Positions 19,246-29,112 of a DNA stretch of 64,000 nucleotides are shown in pieces; the stretch's first letter is position 1; each line of letters starts with the position of its first letter. This DNA is from an uncultured delta proteobacterium (GTDB lineage Bacteria > Myxococcota_A > Polyangia > Fen-1088). The stretch is from assembly GCA_963755125.1 (NCBI GenBank), contig CAVWIP010000015.1:343133-407132 (forward strand), in the 5' to 3' direction. Made by a program: the position numbers and the translations under genes. The notes beneath the pieces are model-generated. The model was not told the DNA's origin and did not search any database. It worked only from the letters and a program-made list of their open reading frames with translations.

Positions 19246-20280
19246 ATGAAGCTGTCGACGATGAGCCTGGCACTGCTTGCCCTGGCCGGTGCCACCTGCG
19301 TTTTGCCCCCCAAGGCGAAGACCATTCCGGCCTCTGGCGTGGGCGGTTCTTCTTGCCAGTCGGTGACTTCCGCCCGAAAGAAGGGCGACAACCCCTTTGC
19401 CGGCGCCTGCTTCATGGTTGAACCCATGTCCAATGCCCGGCGACAGGCCGAGGCGTGGCGCAGTTCGCGACCCCAAGATGCCGCGGCCATGGACAAGATC
19501 GCTTCGCAGCCGTCGGCTGCCTGGTTCGGCGATTGGAACGGCCGCATCGACTACGACCTCGAGATCTACGTGCGCCGCCACGCCCGCTCGGACGCGCTGC
19601 CCGTGTTCGTTCTGTACAATGTTCCCAACCGTGACTGCGGCCAGTACTCCCGGGGCGGCGCCACCGGACCCGAGCACTACAAGGCATGGATCGACCGCGC
19701 CAAGAAGGGCATCGGTTCGATGCGCGCCGTGGTGGTGCTGGAACCGGACGCGCTGGGCCTGATGGACAGGTGCCTGACACCTGCCGACCAGCGGGCACGC
19801 CTGGACATGATTTGCTACGCGGTCCATGCCCTGGAATCCACGCCGGGCGCAGCGGTGTATATCGACGCGGGCCACGACGCCTGGCTACCGGCGGCGGACA
19901 TGGCGGACCGACTGAACAAAGCGTGCATCGCTGACGCCACCGGGTTCGCGCTCAACACCTCGAACTACCGTGCCACCGAAGATCTGATTCGCTACGGCCA
20001 CGACATCTCGGGCCGCGTCGGTGGCAAGCATTTCATCATCGACACGGCCCGGAACGGCAACGGCCCGCCGCGAGATGCCACGGGCGAAGCCGCTTGGTGC
20101 AACCCCGATGGCCGCGCGCTCGGCGCCCCGCCCACGACCAACACGGGCGATCCATTGGTGGACGCGTTTTTCTGGGTCAAGCCGCCGGGCGAATCGGACG
20201 GCACGTGCAACCACGGCCCGCGCGCCGGGGGCTGGTGGCCCGAGTACGCGTTGGGGCTGGCCAAGCGGGCGAAGTGGTGA
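19246..20280 (+). CDS. Glycoside hydrolase family 6 (endoglucanase-like), secreted or lipoprotein
   Basis: VLYNVPNRDCGQYSRGG, VLEPDAL, VYIDAGH, GFALNTSNY, IIDTARNGNG, WCNP, WVKPPGESDGTC. Hydrophobic N-terminus. Confidence 0.92.
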   Translation: MKLSTMSLALLALAGATCVLPPKAKTIPASGVGGSSCQSVTSARKKGDNPFAGACFMVEPMSNARRQAEAWRSSRPQDAAAMDKIASQPSAAWFGDWNGRIDYDLEIYVRRHARSDALPVFVLYNVPNRDCGQYSRGGATGPEHYKAWIDRAKKGIGSMRAVVVLEPDALGLMDRCLTPADQRARLDMICYAVHALESTPGAAVYIDAGHDAWLPAADMADRLNKACIADATGFALNTSNYRATEDLIRYGHDISGRVGGKHFIIDTARNGNGPPRDATGEAAWCNPDGRALGAPPTTNTGDPLVDAFFWVKPPGESDGTCNHGPRAGGWWPEYALGLAKRAKW

Positions 20281-20444
20281 AACGGCGGGGCGTTGCGGAC
20301 GCGGTTGAGGTCGGCGGCTGCATGGCGGCCCGTCGCTGAGAACACAGAGAGGAGAGGGGAGGGCACGGAGCGGGGCTGTGCGCTCGGTCACTGCCCGGTT
20401 TGGATCGGGTTGACGGACGCGTCGGGATCGAACAATCTGCCCTC

Positions 20445-21548
20445 ATGAGTTCTTCGGAGAAACCAGGGGATTCACCTCGCGATAACCAGCCTTCCTCGGC
20501 CGCGCCGTCGGCGCCGGTTCCGGCCCCGGCCCCGGCTTCGGGTGCGGTCCGAGCGCCTTTTGCGGCTCCGGGCTCGGGCGCGGTTCGAGCGCCAATCCTG
20601 CCACCACCGGCGGCCCCGGCGTCTTCGTCGGGTTTTGGTGTGACTCGAGCTCCGATGCCGGGGTCTGCAGGAATTCCAGTTCCCCTGCCTTCGCCTGGAT
20701 CTGGATCGGTGCGAGCGCCTGTACCGGGGTCTGCAGCGATCCCAGTTCCTCTGCCTTCGCCGGGATCTGGATCGGTGCGAGCGCCAGTTGTGGCCACCGC
20801 CTCGACCACGATCCCCGTGCCGCCGCCTGTTCCTGCCCCGGTTCGAGCGCCGGTTCCTGCCCCGGCGCCGGTTCCGGCGCCGTCACCGGTTCCGGCCCCG
20901 ACCACGACCACGACCACGGCCACGACCACGGAAATTGCCCCGGTCCCGGCCATGGAGCCGACCTCGGCTCAGGCTTCGGCTGCCGCGGAGCCGCCTGCAG
21001 CACCCGCGGTTGAGCGTGAGCCGGAGGTGCGCTATGTGCCCAACGAAGTTGACGTTTCGCTTCGCGTGCTCCTGGCCTTGTTCGCGATCGGGTTTGGCGT
21101 GTGGGTCATCTTCGCCTGGCTGAAATACGATAAGACTGCCGCCCAGACCGAGCAGGGCTGGCACAAGGGGACCAAGCAGCTCATCGAATTGACCCTGGTT
21201 CGCGAGGACGTGAACAAGCTGGCCTGTGCCTCGAACCTCACGGTGGAAGGCCTGAATTGCGCGTACCTGGCCAACTCCCAGCCGCGCGTGCCTCCGCCGG
21301 CGGACGACGCTCACCTCTTGCGGCCGTACTGCAACGTGAAGAATGACGTCCTGCTTGCGTCTGGGCTGTGGAATTCCCCCGGCATGCGCGGGCCATTGCC
21401 GACCGAACGATTCACCGTCATGTGCAACTACGACATCGTCGGCGTGATCAAGTCGGTGTCATTGCGCTGGTCGCCGACCGACAAGTTCGAGCCGGCCAAG
21501 CAGAGTCTGCCCGTCGGGATTCTCACCGATTGCGTGATCCCGCAATGA
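20445..21548 (+). CDS. Pro/Ala/Thr-rich membrane protein with one TM helix and a Cys-containing C-terminal domain
   Basis: About 190 aa of low-complexity N-terminus, TM segment LRVLLALFAIGFGVWVIFAWL, globular C-terminus. ATGA overlap with the downstream gene. Confidence 0.8.
   Translation: MSSSEKPGDSPRDNQPSSAAPSAPVPAPAPASGAVRAPFAAPGSGAVRAPILPPPAAPASSSGFGVTRAPMPGSAGIPVPLPSPGSGSVRAPVPGSAAIPVPLPSPGSGSVRAPVVATASTTIPVPPPVPAPVRAPVPAPAPVPAPSPVPAPTTTTTTATTTEIAPVPAMEPTSAQASAAAEPPAAPAVEREPEVRYVPNEVDVSLRVLLALFAIGFGVWVIFAWLKYDKTAAQTEQGWHKGTKQLIELTLVREDVNKLACASNLTVEGLNCAYLANSQPRVPPPADDAHLLRPYCNVKNDVLLASGLWNSPGMRGPLPTERFTVMCNYDIVGVIKSVSLRWSPTDKFEPAKQSLPVGILTDCVIPQ
20646..20786 (+). repeat. 66-bp (22-aa) tandem duplication within the Pro-rich gene
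   Basis: RAPMPGSAGIPVPLPSPGSGSV / RAPVPGSAAIPVPLPSPGSGSV / RAP; units start at 20646, 20712 and 20778. Confidence 0.85.
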
Positions 21549-22882
21549 GCTGGCTTGCCGTCACGGGGAAGTTCGCGCGGGCCGTTCGCTCGGCCTGGCA
21601 GCGCGTGATGGCCGCTTGGGCGTCGGCCTCGCAGATAGAGCGGGCGACCACCGTCCTTCTCGGCATCATGATCGTCGGCGGCGTGGCACTTCGCATCCGC
21701 GCGATCTGGTTCCCCCAGACCTTCACCTTCGACGAGCCCTTCTTCGTCCCCAACGCCCACAACTACCTGCTGGGGATCAAGGACAACAACGATCATCCGC
21801 CCCTGTTCAAGATGTTCATGTCCGTGGGGATTCTCCTGTTCGGATACAACTCCGCAGGATGGCGGTTTCCTGCCCTGTGTTTCGGCATGCTGTCGGTGGT
21901 GCTGGCGTACTGGCTGGGGAAAGCCTACTTCCGCAGCGCGCGGGCCGGGCTAATGGCCGCGGCCTTCGTGGCGGCTGATGGTTTCTTCATCTCGTATTCC
22001 CGCGTGGGGCTGATGGATGGAATCCTCACCAGCTTGCTGCTCTGGTGCATGCTGGCCGCGGTGAGCGCGCGCACCTGGCGCGGGGTGCTGGTGACCGCGC
22101 TGCTGGTGGGGGCTGCCGCCTCGGTCAAGTGGAGTGGCGTGTTCATCGTGGCCCCGGCCGTGGTGACCATGCTCCTGGTGGGCCGGGTGCCGTTGTGGTC
22201 GGTGCTCACCTTCGCGGTGGTTCCTTTCGTGCAGGCTGCGGTGTGGCTGCTGGCGCTGCGGCTCTCGGGAGAGCCCACCGATCTGGCGTCGCTTTGGCAG
22301 TTGGTCAGGGGGCTGGTCAAGAAGCACGTCGATATGAACCACGACTCCAATCCGCTCAACTCGTCCTGGTACACCTGGTTCATTTTCTATCGCCCGGTGG
22401 TCATCAAATACACCACGCACGGGCTGTCCAAGTTCTACTCCTCCTCGGTCGGCAACCCGGTTCTCTGGATCGCGGTTGACCTGTTCCTGCTCTGGTCGAT
22501 CATTCAGCTCATCGCGCGCGCCACGGCCGGGGGCGGAGGAATTGGTCCGCGCCTGGCAAGAACGAAGGAGTTCCTGCTGGGCAAGCCGGTGGGCAAGCCG
22601 ATCCTGCTGGTGCTCATGGCATTCGCCGCGATGCTCGTGCCTTGGACCATTTTGCGAAACAAGTACTCGTTCACGCACTACTACCTGCCGTCGTACGGCT
22701 TTGCCCTGCTCATGCTGGGCGGGCTGCTGGCCTACTTCGAGCGCAAGCGGCCGAGGGCGGTGCTGATATTCGTCGCGCTGGCGCTGATCGTGGCCATCTA
22801 CTTCGCGCCGATCTGGGGCGAGTTCTCGATGAGAGAGTTTGCGGCCAATCGCCGCCTGATTCCGCCCGGCTGGCGCCCGTAG
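21545..22882 (+). CDS. PMT/GT39-family glycosyltransferase (protein O-mannosyltransferase-like)
   Basis: FDE motif in the first loop (TFDEPFF), HPPLFK, GWRF, SRVGLMD, SVKWSG, NPLNSSWYTW...RPV, GNPVLW, HYYLP; multiple TM helices. Confidence 0.85.
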   Translation: MSWLAVTGKFARAVRSAWQRVMAAWASASQIERATTVLLGIMIVGGVALRIRAIWFPQTFTFDEPFFVPNAHNYLLGIKDNNDHPPLFKMFMSVGILLFGYNSAGWRFPALCFGMLSVVLAYWLGKAYFRSARAGLMAAAFVAADGFFISYSRVGLMDGILTSLLLWCMLAAVSARTWRGVLVTALLVGAAASVKWSGVFIVAPAVVTMLLVGRVPLWSVLTFAVVPFVQAAVWLLALRLSGEPTDLASLWQLVRGLVKKHVDMNHDSNPLNSSWYTWFIFYRPVVIKYTTHGLSKFYSSSVGNPVLWIAVDLFLLWSIIQLIARATAGGGGIGPRLARTKEFLLGKPVGKPILLVLMAFAAMLVPWTILRNKYSFTHYYLPSYGFALLMLGGLLAYFERKRPRAVLIFVALALIVAIYFAPIWGEFSMREFAANRRLIPPGWRP

Positions 22883-22891
22883 ATCTCCGTG

Positions 22892-23407
22892 TCAGCGGCG
22901 GATCGCGCTGGTCGCCCGGTCAGCGACGGCCCGCAGGATTGTCGCGGTCGTCTTCGCATCGCCCCGGTCGAACGACGCCATGGCCAGCAACTTGCCCAGC
23001 GCCAGATAGCCGTACGCGCTGTCATGGCCCGCGCTCACGCAGAGACTTCCCTTCGCGTGCTTGAGCGACAGGTCTTGCACAGCCGCCTTGATGTCTTTGC
23101 ACAGTGAGGTCAGGAAGCTCGCGGCAGCGTTTTCGGTCCTCAGTTGGTGCAGGGTCACTTCCACTGTCGCACCCGCGAACTGGAAGAAACGCTGGCTGGC
23201 GCTGGTCACTCCGGCTTCCACGTAGCGTTGATAGCCGCCGTCGTAGATCAGGGTCAGCTCCTCGCCACCCCCGCAGTGGCGCGCGTCGCCCGCGGCCGTC
23301 AGTCCGGGCACCTCCGCCGCCGTGGGAAAGAACCGCAGCAAGGGATCGTTTGCAGCCAGGGCCAGGGCCGGCGCCAGGATGCAGGCCAGCGAAAGGTTTC
23401 GGATCAT
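22892..23407 (-). CDS. Secreted hypothetical protein (resembles DUF6599-type proteins)
   Basis: Signal peptide MIRNLSLACILAPALALA; LTLIYDGGYQRYVEAG motif. The family assignment is from memory and weak. Confidence 0.6.
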   Translation of the reverse strand: MIRNLSLACILAPALALAANDPLLRFFPTAAEVPGLTAAGDARHCGGGEELTLIYDGGYQRYVEAGVTSASQRFFQFAGATVEVTLHQLRTENAAASFLTSLCKDIKAAVQDLSLKHAKGSLCVSAGHDSAYGYLALGKLLAMASFDRGDAKTTATILRAVADRATSAIRR

Positions 23408-23479
23408 CAGGGAAAGCCTAGCACCACATGATTCGCCGAACGTGACAGGGGCCGGCCGGCAGGATAGATAGCTTCCAAG

Positions 23480-24532
23480 ATGAGCGACGCAGTTCTGAAA
23501 ATCGGCATGCCGGCGGGCTCGCTGGCGGACCCCAACCGGGGCGGCAATCTCATCAAGCTGCTCGAGCAAGCGGGTTTCAAGATCGCCGGCTACGACACGG
23601 GTGGCCCCAGCCGGTTCACCACGGTCAACTACCTCTACGGCTGGGACGGCCGGCCGCAGGAATTCGCCACCCAGCTTGCCATCGGCGAGCTGGACGTGGC
23701 CATCGCGGGCGACGACTGGATCCGCGAGCGCGTGCTCGAGTTGCGCTACGAGTACGGAAGAGAAGTCGAACTCCGTCGGGTTCTATCGCTCAAGCGCGGG
23801 AGCGTGCGCCTGGTGGGGATCATCCGGCCCGACAAGGAATACGACGGCGTGCGCGGCTTCTTGATCGAGCTGGCCGGGCGCAAGTCTCTCATCACCGCGG
23901 TGGCGGAGATGCCCTATCTGGCGCTCGACTGGATCCAGGGACGGCTGAAAGAGGCGGGTCTGCTCGATCGTTTCGCGCGCTTCTCGGTGCAGAAGTACAG
24001 CACGCCACCCAAGATCGACAGCGGCGTGCTCATCTTTGAAACCTGGGGCAAGACCGAGGCCAAGGTGCGCAACGGCGGGGCCGATGTGGGCCTGGAGATC
24101 ACCCAGAGTGGCAGCGCCATCAAGAACTACGGCTTGCGCATCATCGACGAGGTGATGGATTCGGGAACCTCGATCTGGGCCAATCCGCGCATCCGCGAGC
24201 AGCCGGAGAAGTACGAGCTGCTGCGCATGTTCCTGCTCAATCTGTACGGCGCAACCAACGCCGAGAACAAGGTCTTGTTGCTCTTCAACGTGGCGGTGTC
24301 ACGCGCGCCCGCGGTGGAGAAGTATCTGGCGGACAACAATCTCTACGCCGATGAGCCCAGCCGCATCAGTGGCAAGGGTTACACCGAGTACAGCATCGAG
24401 GTGGACACGGCCAGCGCCAAGCTGCCGCTGGCCCGCGTGCGCTTCCAACTGGCCGAACTGGGCGCGCGTGGCATCGACACCGTGCCGCTCACCTCGTCGA
24501 TCCCGGACGCGGGCGTCATCGAAGGCTGGTAG
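23480..24532 (+). CDS. hisG: ATP phosphoribosyltransferase, divergent long form
   Basis: IGMPAGSL, RPQE, DVAIAGDDW, TWGKTEAKV...ADVGLEITQSGSAIKNYGLRII; C-terminal regulatory-like domain (LLLFNV...LAELGARGI). Confidence 0.75.
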   Translation: MSDAVLKIGMPAGSLADPNRGGNLIKLLEQAGFKIAGYDTGGPSRFTTVNYLYGWDGRPQEFATQLAIGELDVAIAGDDWIRERVLELRYEYGREVELRRVLSLKRGSVRLVGIIRPDKEYDGVRGFLIELAGRKSLITAVAEMPYLALDWIQGRLKEAGLLDRFARFSVQKYSTPPKIDSGVLIFETWGKTEAKVRNGGADVGLEITQSGSAIKNYGLRIIDEVMDSGTSIWANPRIREQPEKYELLRMFLLNLYGATNAENKVLLLFNVAVSRAPAVEKYLADNNLYADEPSRISGKGYTEYSIEVDTASAKLPLARVRFQLAELGARGIDTVPLTSSIPDAGVIEGW

Positions 24533-24544
24533 GGGGCCGAGCGG

Positions 24545-26470
24545 CTATTCTGTCCGCACGACCCCGTTGGCTGGCCGCTCGTCCCAAAAGGCGGGAGGGC
24601 CATCCATGATGAGGCGCTCGGCTTCCTCCGCTGGGATGGGACGCGAAAAGAAGTAGCCCTGGGCGTGCCTGCAGTTGAGCGCGCGCAGCGATTCGATCTG
24701 CTGCGGGGTCTCGACCCCCTCGGCGGTCACGTCCATGCCCAGGTTGTGGGCCAGCCCGACGATGGCGCGCACGATCTCGGATTGCTGGGCTCCGCTGTGC
24801 ATACGGCAGACGAACGACCGGTCGACTTTCAGGGTCTGTACCGGGAATGACTGCAGGTAGGCCAGCGAAGAATAGCCCGTGCCGAAGTCGTCCACGTCCA
24901 GGTGCACGTCCATCTTGTGCAATTCCTGCAGCACCGCTGCGCCCGCCTGCGGACTCTGCATGAGGGCGCTCTCGGTTATCTCCAGGGTCAAGCTGCTCGG
25001 GCGCAACCCGGTCTCCTCAAGCACGCGGCGCACCTGTCCAGGCAGATCGGCGTCGACAAGTTGGCGCGTGGACAGATTCACCGCGATGCCGAGCGGCGGC
25101 TCACAGCGACACTTGTCGTGCCAGTACGCCATCTGGCGACAGGCCTCGCGCAGCACCCACATTCCGAGCGGACGGATGAGCCCGGATTCCTCGGCCGTGG
25201 GGATGAAAACATCAGGCATCAGCAGGCCGCGGCCCGGGTGGCGCCAGCGCGCCAGCGCCTCGAAGCCGGCCAGTCGCCCCGCCTGCAGGTCCACGATGGG
25301 CTGATAGTGGACGACCCATTCCTGGCGTTCGATGGCCCGGCGCAGATCGGTTTCGAGCTGCAACTGATCGACCGCGCGCCGGTGCATTTCTGGGTCGAAG
25401 ACTTCGTGCCGGGCGCGGCCAGCGGCCTTGGCGCGGTAGAGCGCGGTGTAGGCGTCGCGAAGCATGTCATCCTGGCGCGCGTAACCCGAACTGGACAGTG
25501 CGATGCCGATGCTCACCGAGGTGAAGACCTCGGTACCCACCACGGTCAAGGGCAGAGCCATGGCGTTCTGGATGCGCTCAGCGACGCGGACCGCGTCGCT
25601 CTCGCTGCGCAGATCGTCGAGTAGAACCGTGAACTGATCGCCCACCACCCGCGCCAGCACGTCGCCCGGACGCAGGCAGGCTTCGATGCGTCGGGCGGTT
25701 CGCACCAGCAGTTCGTCGCCCGCCCCGTGCCCGAGACTCTCGTTGATGCACTTGAAGCGATCGAGATCCAGCCACGCCACCGCAAACAGCGGGCTCGACG
25801 TGCCCAGGTGCCGGGTTCGAGTGACCAGACGCTCGACGCGCTTGTCGAACATGGCGCGATTGGGAAGCTGGGTCAGCGGATCGTAGAACCCTTTCTGTTC
25901 CAGCTCGGCATCGAAGCGCTTTCTTTCTGTGATGTCACGCGAGATGCCGAAACTTCCGACGATCGCGCCGGACGAGTCGCGCAGAGGAATCTTGGTGGTG
26001 CACAGCCAGCGCTCGCTGCGGCCAGGCAGGTGCCACTTCTCCTCCACGTCAACCAAAGTACGCCCGCGCCGCACGATCTCCTCGTCGTCCCGGCAGCGGT
26101 GCTCGGCCTCGTCCCGGCACAAGAAATCCATCTCGCTACGACCGATGGCCCGCGCCGGGTCGGAAAGTCCCAGGTGAGTGGCCATCGCACGGTTGACCCG
26201 GGTGAAGCGGCCCTGGCGATCCTTGAAGTATATGTCCTCCGCCATGGAGTCCATCACCGCCTCGATCTGGAAGAGAGAACTGCGCAGCCAGCAAAGCTCC
26301 TGCTTCTGCGCCCGGCTGAGCGCCTCGGTGACGGGCGGAGGCGTTCGTTGAGTTCGCCCTGGTCTGGGAGTGTTTGCCTCGCGCCTCGAAGGCGGGACAG
26401 GGGTCGCGCGTCTCTCCGAGCCCGGTTGGGTTTGAGCACGCTTTGCTCTGGTTGATGCGAGCCTGGTCAT
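24545..26470 (-). CDS. PAS-GGDEF(degenerate)-EAL protein, probable c-di-GMP phosphodiesterase
   Basis: PAS/PAC (IYFKDRQGRF...FGISRDITERK), YDPLTQLPNR, active site VGDQF instead of GGDEF, intact GFEALARW, LEITES, DDFGTGYSSL, AEGVET, QGYFFSRP. Start uncertain. Confidence 0.9.
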   Translation of the reverse strand: MTRLASTRAKRAQTQPGSERRATPVPPSRREANTPRPGRTQRTPPPVTEALSRAQKQELCWLRSSLFQIEAVMDSMAEDIYFKDRQGRFTRVNRAMATHLGLSDPARAIGRSEMDFLCRDEAEHRCRDDEEIVRRGRTLVDVEEKWHLPGRSERWLCTTKIPLRDSSGAIVGSFGISRDITERKRFDAELEQKGFYDPLTQLPNRAMFDKRVERLVTRTRHLGTSSPLFAVAWLDLDRFKCINESLGHGAGDELLVRTARRIEACLRPGDVLARVVGDQFTVLLDDLRSESDAVRVAERIQNAMALPLTVVGTEVFTSVSIGIALSSSGYARQDDMLRDAYTALYRAKAAGRARHEVFDPEMHRRAVDQLQLETDLRRAIERQEWVVHYQPIVDLQAGRLAGFEALARWRHPGRGLLMPDVFIPTAEESGLIRPLGMWVLREACRQMAYWHDKCRCEPPLGIAVNLSTRQLVDADLPGQVRRVLEETGLRPSSLTLEITESALMQSPQAGAAVLQELHKMDVHLDVDDFGTGYSSLAYLQSFPVQTLKVDRSFVCRMHSGAQQSEIVRAIVGLAHNLGMDVTAEGVETPQQIESLRALNCRHAQGYFFSRPIPAEEAERLIMDGPPAFWDERPANGVVRTE

Positions 26471-26659
26471 GCGGACGTGCGATCGTGCGAGCGACACCAC
26501 GGCGCCAATCCTGCTGCTGTCCCTTGCTCGAACTGACCGCGGGGCGATTATAAGCTCCTTCACCAAATTTCGCGCGGGCAAACGAAAGATCTTCTGTGGC
26601 ACATTTCGGCAAATAGGGGATGTTTCCCCGCCATGTGAGTGGAGGTATCATCCGAAACC

Positions 26660-27796
26660 GTGAAACGCACACTCATCAAGGGCTGGTTGTCGGTTTTGGC
26701 CGTAGCGACGGTGCTGGCGCTCACGTTCAGCGCGACGGCTGCGCCGAACGGCCAGGCCAAGCCGCTCAGGGTGGTAGGCCGGGTTACCGCCGGTGAGGCC
26801 ACTATCCACGATGCCTTTGCCCTGGACCAGGGGGGCGGCAAGCTGGGCTACATCGTCTTCACCGGCAAGGGCGCGGTGCAACTGCACGTGGGACCGCCTG
26901 GCGGCAAGACCCGGGTGACGGATCTGGCGAACTTCTCGGGCGCTCCCGAGAAGATCCTGACCCTGGCAGGATACTGGTTCGTGGTGTCCAACGAAGGGTC
27001 GCGGCGGGCCGCCATCGTCGATCCCGCGGGGCGAATCAGGCGCCAGACCGGCTCGTTCGACGACTGCGAGCTGTCACGCGCGCCCAGCGCCCTTGTGACC
27101 TACAGTCAGACGCGGCAGCCAAACGGCGACCGCACGACCATCCAGACCTATCGGCCCGATGGCAGCACGATCGCCGTCCGCTCGCTGCTGGTGACTCCGG
27201 GTGGGACCATGGAAGGCGACAGCGCTGCCACCTTCCTTGGTTTCAGCAAGAGCCATCTGCAAGCCATGGTGCAAAAGCCGGGCGCCTACAACCGTCGCAG
27301 CGACGCGCGCGAGCCGCCGCAGTTCGCCCTGTACGACGTGATGACCGGAAAGACCGGCCCGGGAAAGATGCCGCCCAAGCTCGACACTTTTCTCGACTAC
27401 ATCCGCAAGCGGGCCGAGAAACCCGATCTGGATGCCGTCATCGTGTTGGCCGCCGGACAGGCCGGGTTCGAGCTGGTGGGGCCAGGCGAGAAAGTGCGGC
27501 CGCTCAACCTGGCGACCAAGCCGTACGATGTGCTGTCGTTGCAGCAGGTTCAGGTGGGTAGCCGGGTGGTGTTTTCACTGGTGGCCGACCGTCCGGAAAA
27601 GGGCAACATGGAAGAGGCCGGGCGATTCGCGCAGGCGTTCTTCAGCCTCGAACCAGCGAGCGGCAAGGTGACTGCGTTGGGCGAGATTTCCCTGCCCGAC
27701 AAGCATCCCTGCCCGTGGTCCGCCGGTGGAAACAAGATTGCGGTGCTGCGCAAGGCAGCCGACGGGGGCCATGAAATCGCGATCTACTCACGCTAG
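26660..27796 (+). CDS. Secreted hypothetical protein, beta-rich (possibly a beta-propeller)
   Basis: GGAGG RBS, GTG start, signal peptide ending SATA-A, host-like codon usage. Confidence 0.75.
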   Translation: MKRTLIKGWLSVLAVATVLALTFSATAAPNGQAKPLRVVGRVTAGEATIHDAFALDQGGGKLGYIVFTGKGAVQLHVGPPGGKTRVTDLANFSGAPEKILTLAGYWFVVSNEGSRRAAIVDPAGRIRRQTGSFDDCELSRAPSALVTYSQTRQPNGDRTTIQTYRPDGSTIAVRSLLVTPGGTMEGDSAATFLGFSKSHLQAMVQKPGAYNRRSDAREPPQFALYDVMTGKTGPGKMPPKLDTFLDYIRKRAEKPDLDAVIVLAAGQAGFELVGPGEKVRPLNLATKPYDVLSLQQVQVGSRVVFSLVADRPEKGNMEEAGRFAQAFFSLEPASGKVTALGEISLPDKHPCPWSAGGNKIAVLRKAADGGHEIAIYSR

Positions 27797-27802
27797 CAAA
27801 TC

Positions 27803-29017
27803 TCAGATCGCTTCAGCGAGGAGCCGTGCTGCCTCCTTGGCCGAGCGCAACGAGCAATCTTCGATGGCCAGGCCGCCGAAGTAATTGCCAGTGATGTAGA
27901 GGCCGGTTCCAGGCAGGCGACGGTCGATCTCTTCCGCGATTGCTGCGTGTCCGAGAGACAACGACGGCAAGGACGTGGTGTGTGTGGCGACGCAAACGAG
28001 CTGGCCGCGGTCAAGGCCGGCGACCGCGCAGATGCGGTCGATGCGTCGGTCGAGCGGCATGCCCGCGCGGAAGTGGAAGGTGAAGGCGCGCAGATGGTCG
28101 TCGGGAACCACGTCGCGTGTGACGACCGAAAAGAACGTGTCGTCGACCGGCACGATGCCGGCCAAACGCGGCAGGCGCAGGTTGCGCGCCTCGGCCACCA
28201 CGCCCACCGACTCGATATTCGCGACGGAAATGCGCGCCAAAGCCGTCGCGACCTCGGGCGCGAGGGAGGCGAGCAGGCTCGCCGCCTCGGGCGCAGGCAC
28301 GGCCAGAGCCAGGCGGCGAGCGAGGATCCGATCCCCGTTGGCGATCTCGACGACGAAATGACCGTCTCTGCGGGTGAGGGCGTGTGCCGTTGCGCTGGTG
28401 CGCAGGGTGATGCCTGGCTGCGCTGCGATCCGGTCGGTCAGGGTCTGGATGCCGCCGGCAAAGGTGTAGCTGCGCGGGATGTCTTTGCGGCGCGGGCGCC
28501 TCTTGAACAGGATCTCCGCGGGAAAGTTGTCGGCCGATTGCGAGGGCACCGCAGCGAACAGGGGCGAAAACACGCGCTTCCAGTTCTCTCGGCCTACCAG
28601 CCGGCCATAGTAGTCGGCCACAGTGCGGCCCTGCTTGCGCTCGCTGAAAGCATGCCAGGCCGAGGTGAACAGTTCAGGCAAGCTGAGTTGCGAGGGAATG
28701 CTGCGCAGCTTGCCCTCGACCTGCAGGCGCCAGGGCGCTTTTCGTCGCGTGAGTATGCGGTCACGCAGGCCAAGGTCGTCGATGATGGCGAGCAGCGAGC
28801 CGTAGGAGTTGTACAGCGTGTGCGCGCCCATCTCGAACCAGAAATCGGCGGGTTGCCGTTCGGTGCGAACACATCCACCGGCCCGGGCTGCCGATTCGAG
28901 AACCAGCACCGCACGCCCCGCCCGCGCCACACGATGGGCAAGGCACAGCCCGCTGATGCCAGCCCCGAGAACCACGACATCGACGTTTTCACTCACGGTG
29001 CCGAAGTTATGGCGCAT
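27803..29017 (-). CDS. FAD-dependent oxidoreductase, HemY/protoporphyrinogen-oxidase-like
   Basis: VVVLGAGISGL, LESAARAGGCVRT, FWFEMGAHT, FAGGIQTL, TGNYFGGLAIEDC. Start may be GTG 28996. Confidence 0.8.
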   Translation of the reverse strand: MRHNFGTVSENVDVVVLGAGISGLCLAHRVARAGRAVLVLESAARAGGCVRTERQPADFWFEMGAHTLYNSYGSLLAIIDDLGLRDRILTRRKAPWRLQVEGKLRSIPSQLSLPELFTSAWHAFSERKQGRTVADYYGRLVGRENWKRVFSPLFAAVPSQSADNFPAEILFKRRPRRKDIPRSYTFAGGIQTLTDRIAAQPGITLRTSATAHALTRRDGHFVVEIANGDRILARRLALAVPAPEAASLLASLAPEVATALARISVANIESVGVVAEARNLRLPRLAGIVPVDDTFFSVVTRDVVPDDHLRAFTFHFRAGMPLDRRIDRICAVAGLDRGQLVCVATHTTSLPSLSLGHAAIAEEIDRRLPGTGLYITGNYFGGLAIEDCSLRSAKEAARLLAEAI

Positions 29018-29112
29018 GCGCGCCGGGGTTGTCCACAGCGTGCCGCGCTTGTGACGCCCGGCCCGGCGGTGCTAGCGTGCTAGCCATCGTCGGTTGACGA
29101 CACCTGAAAGCC

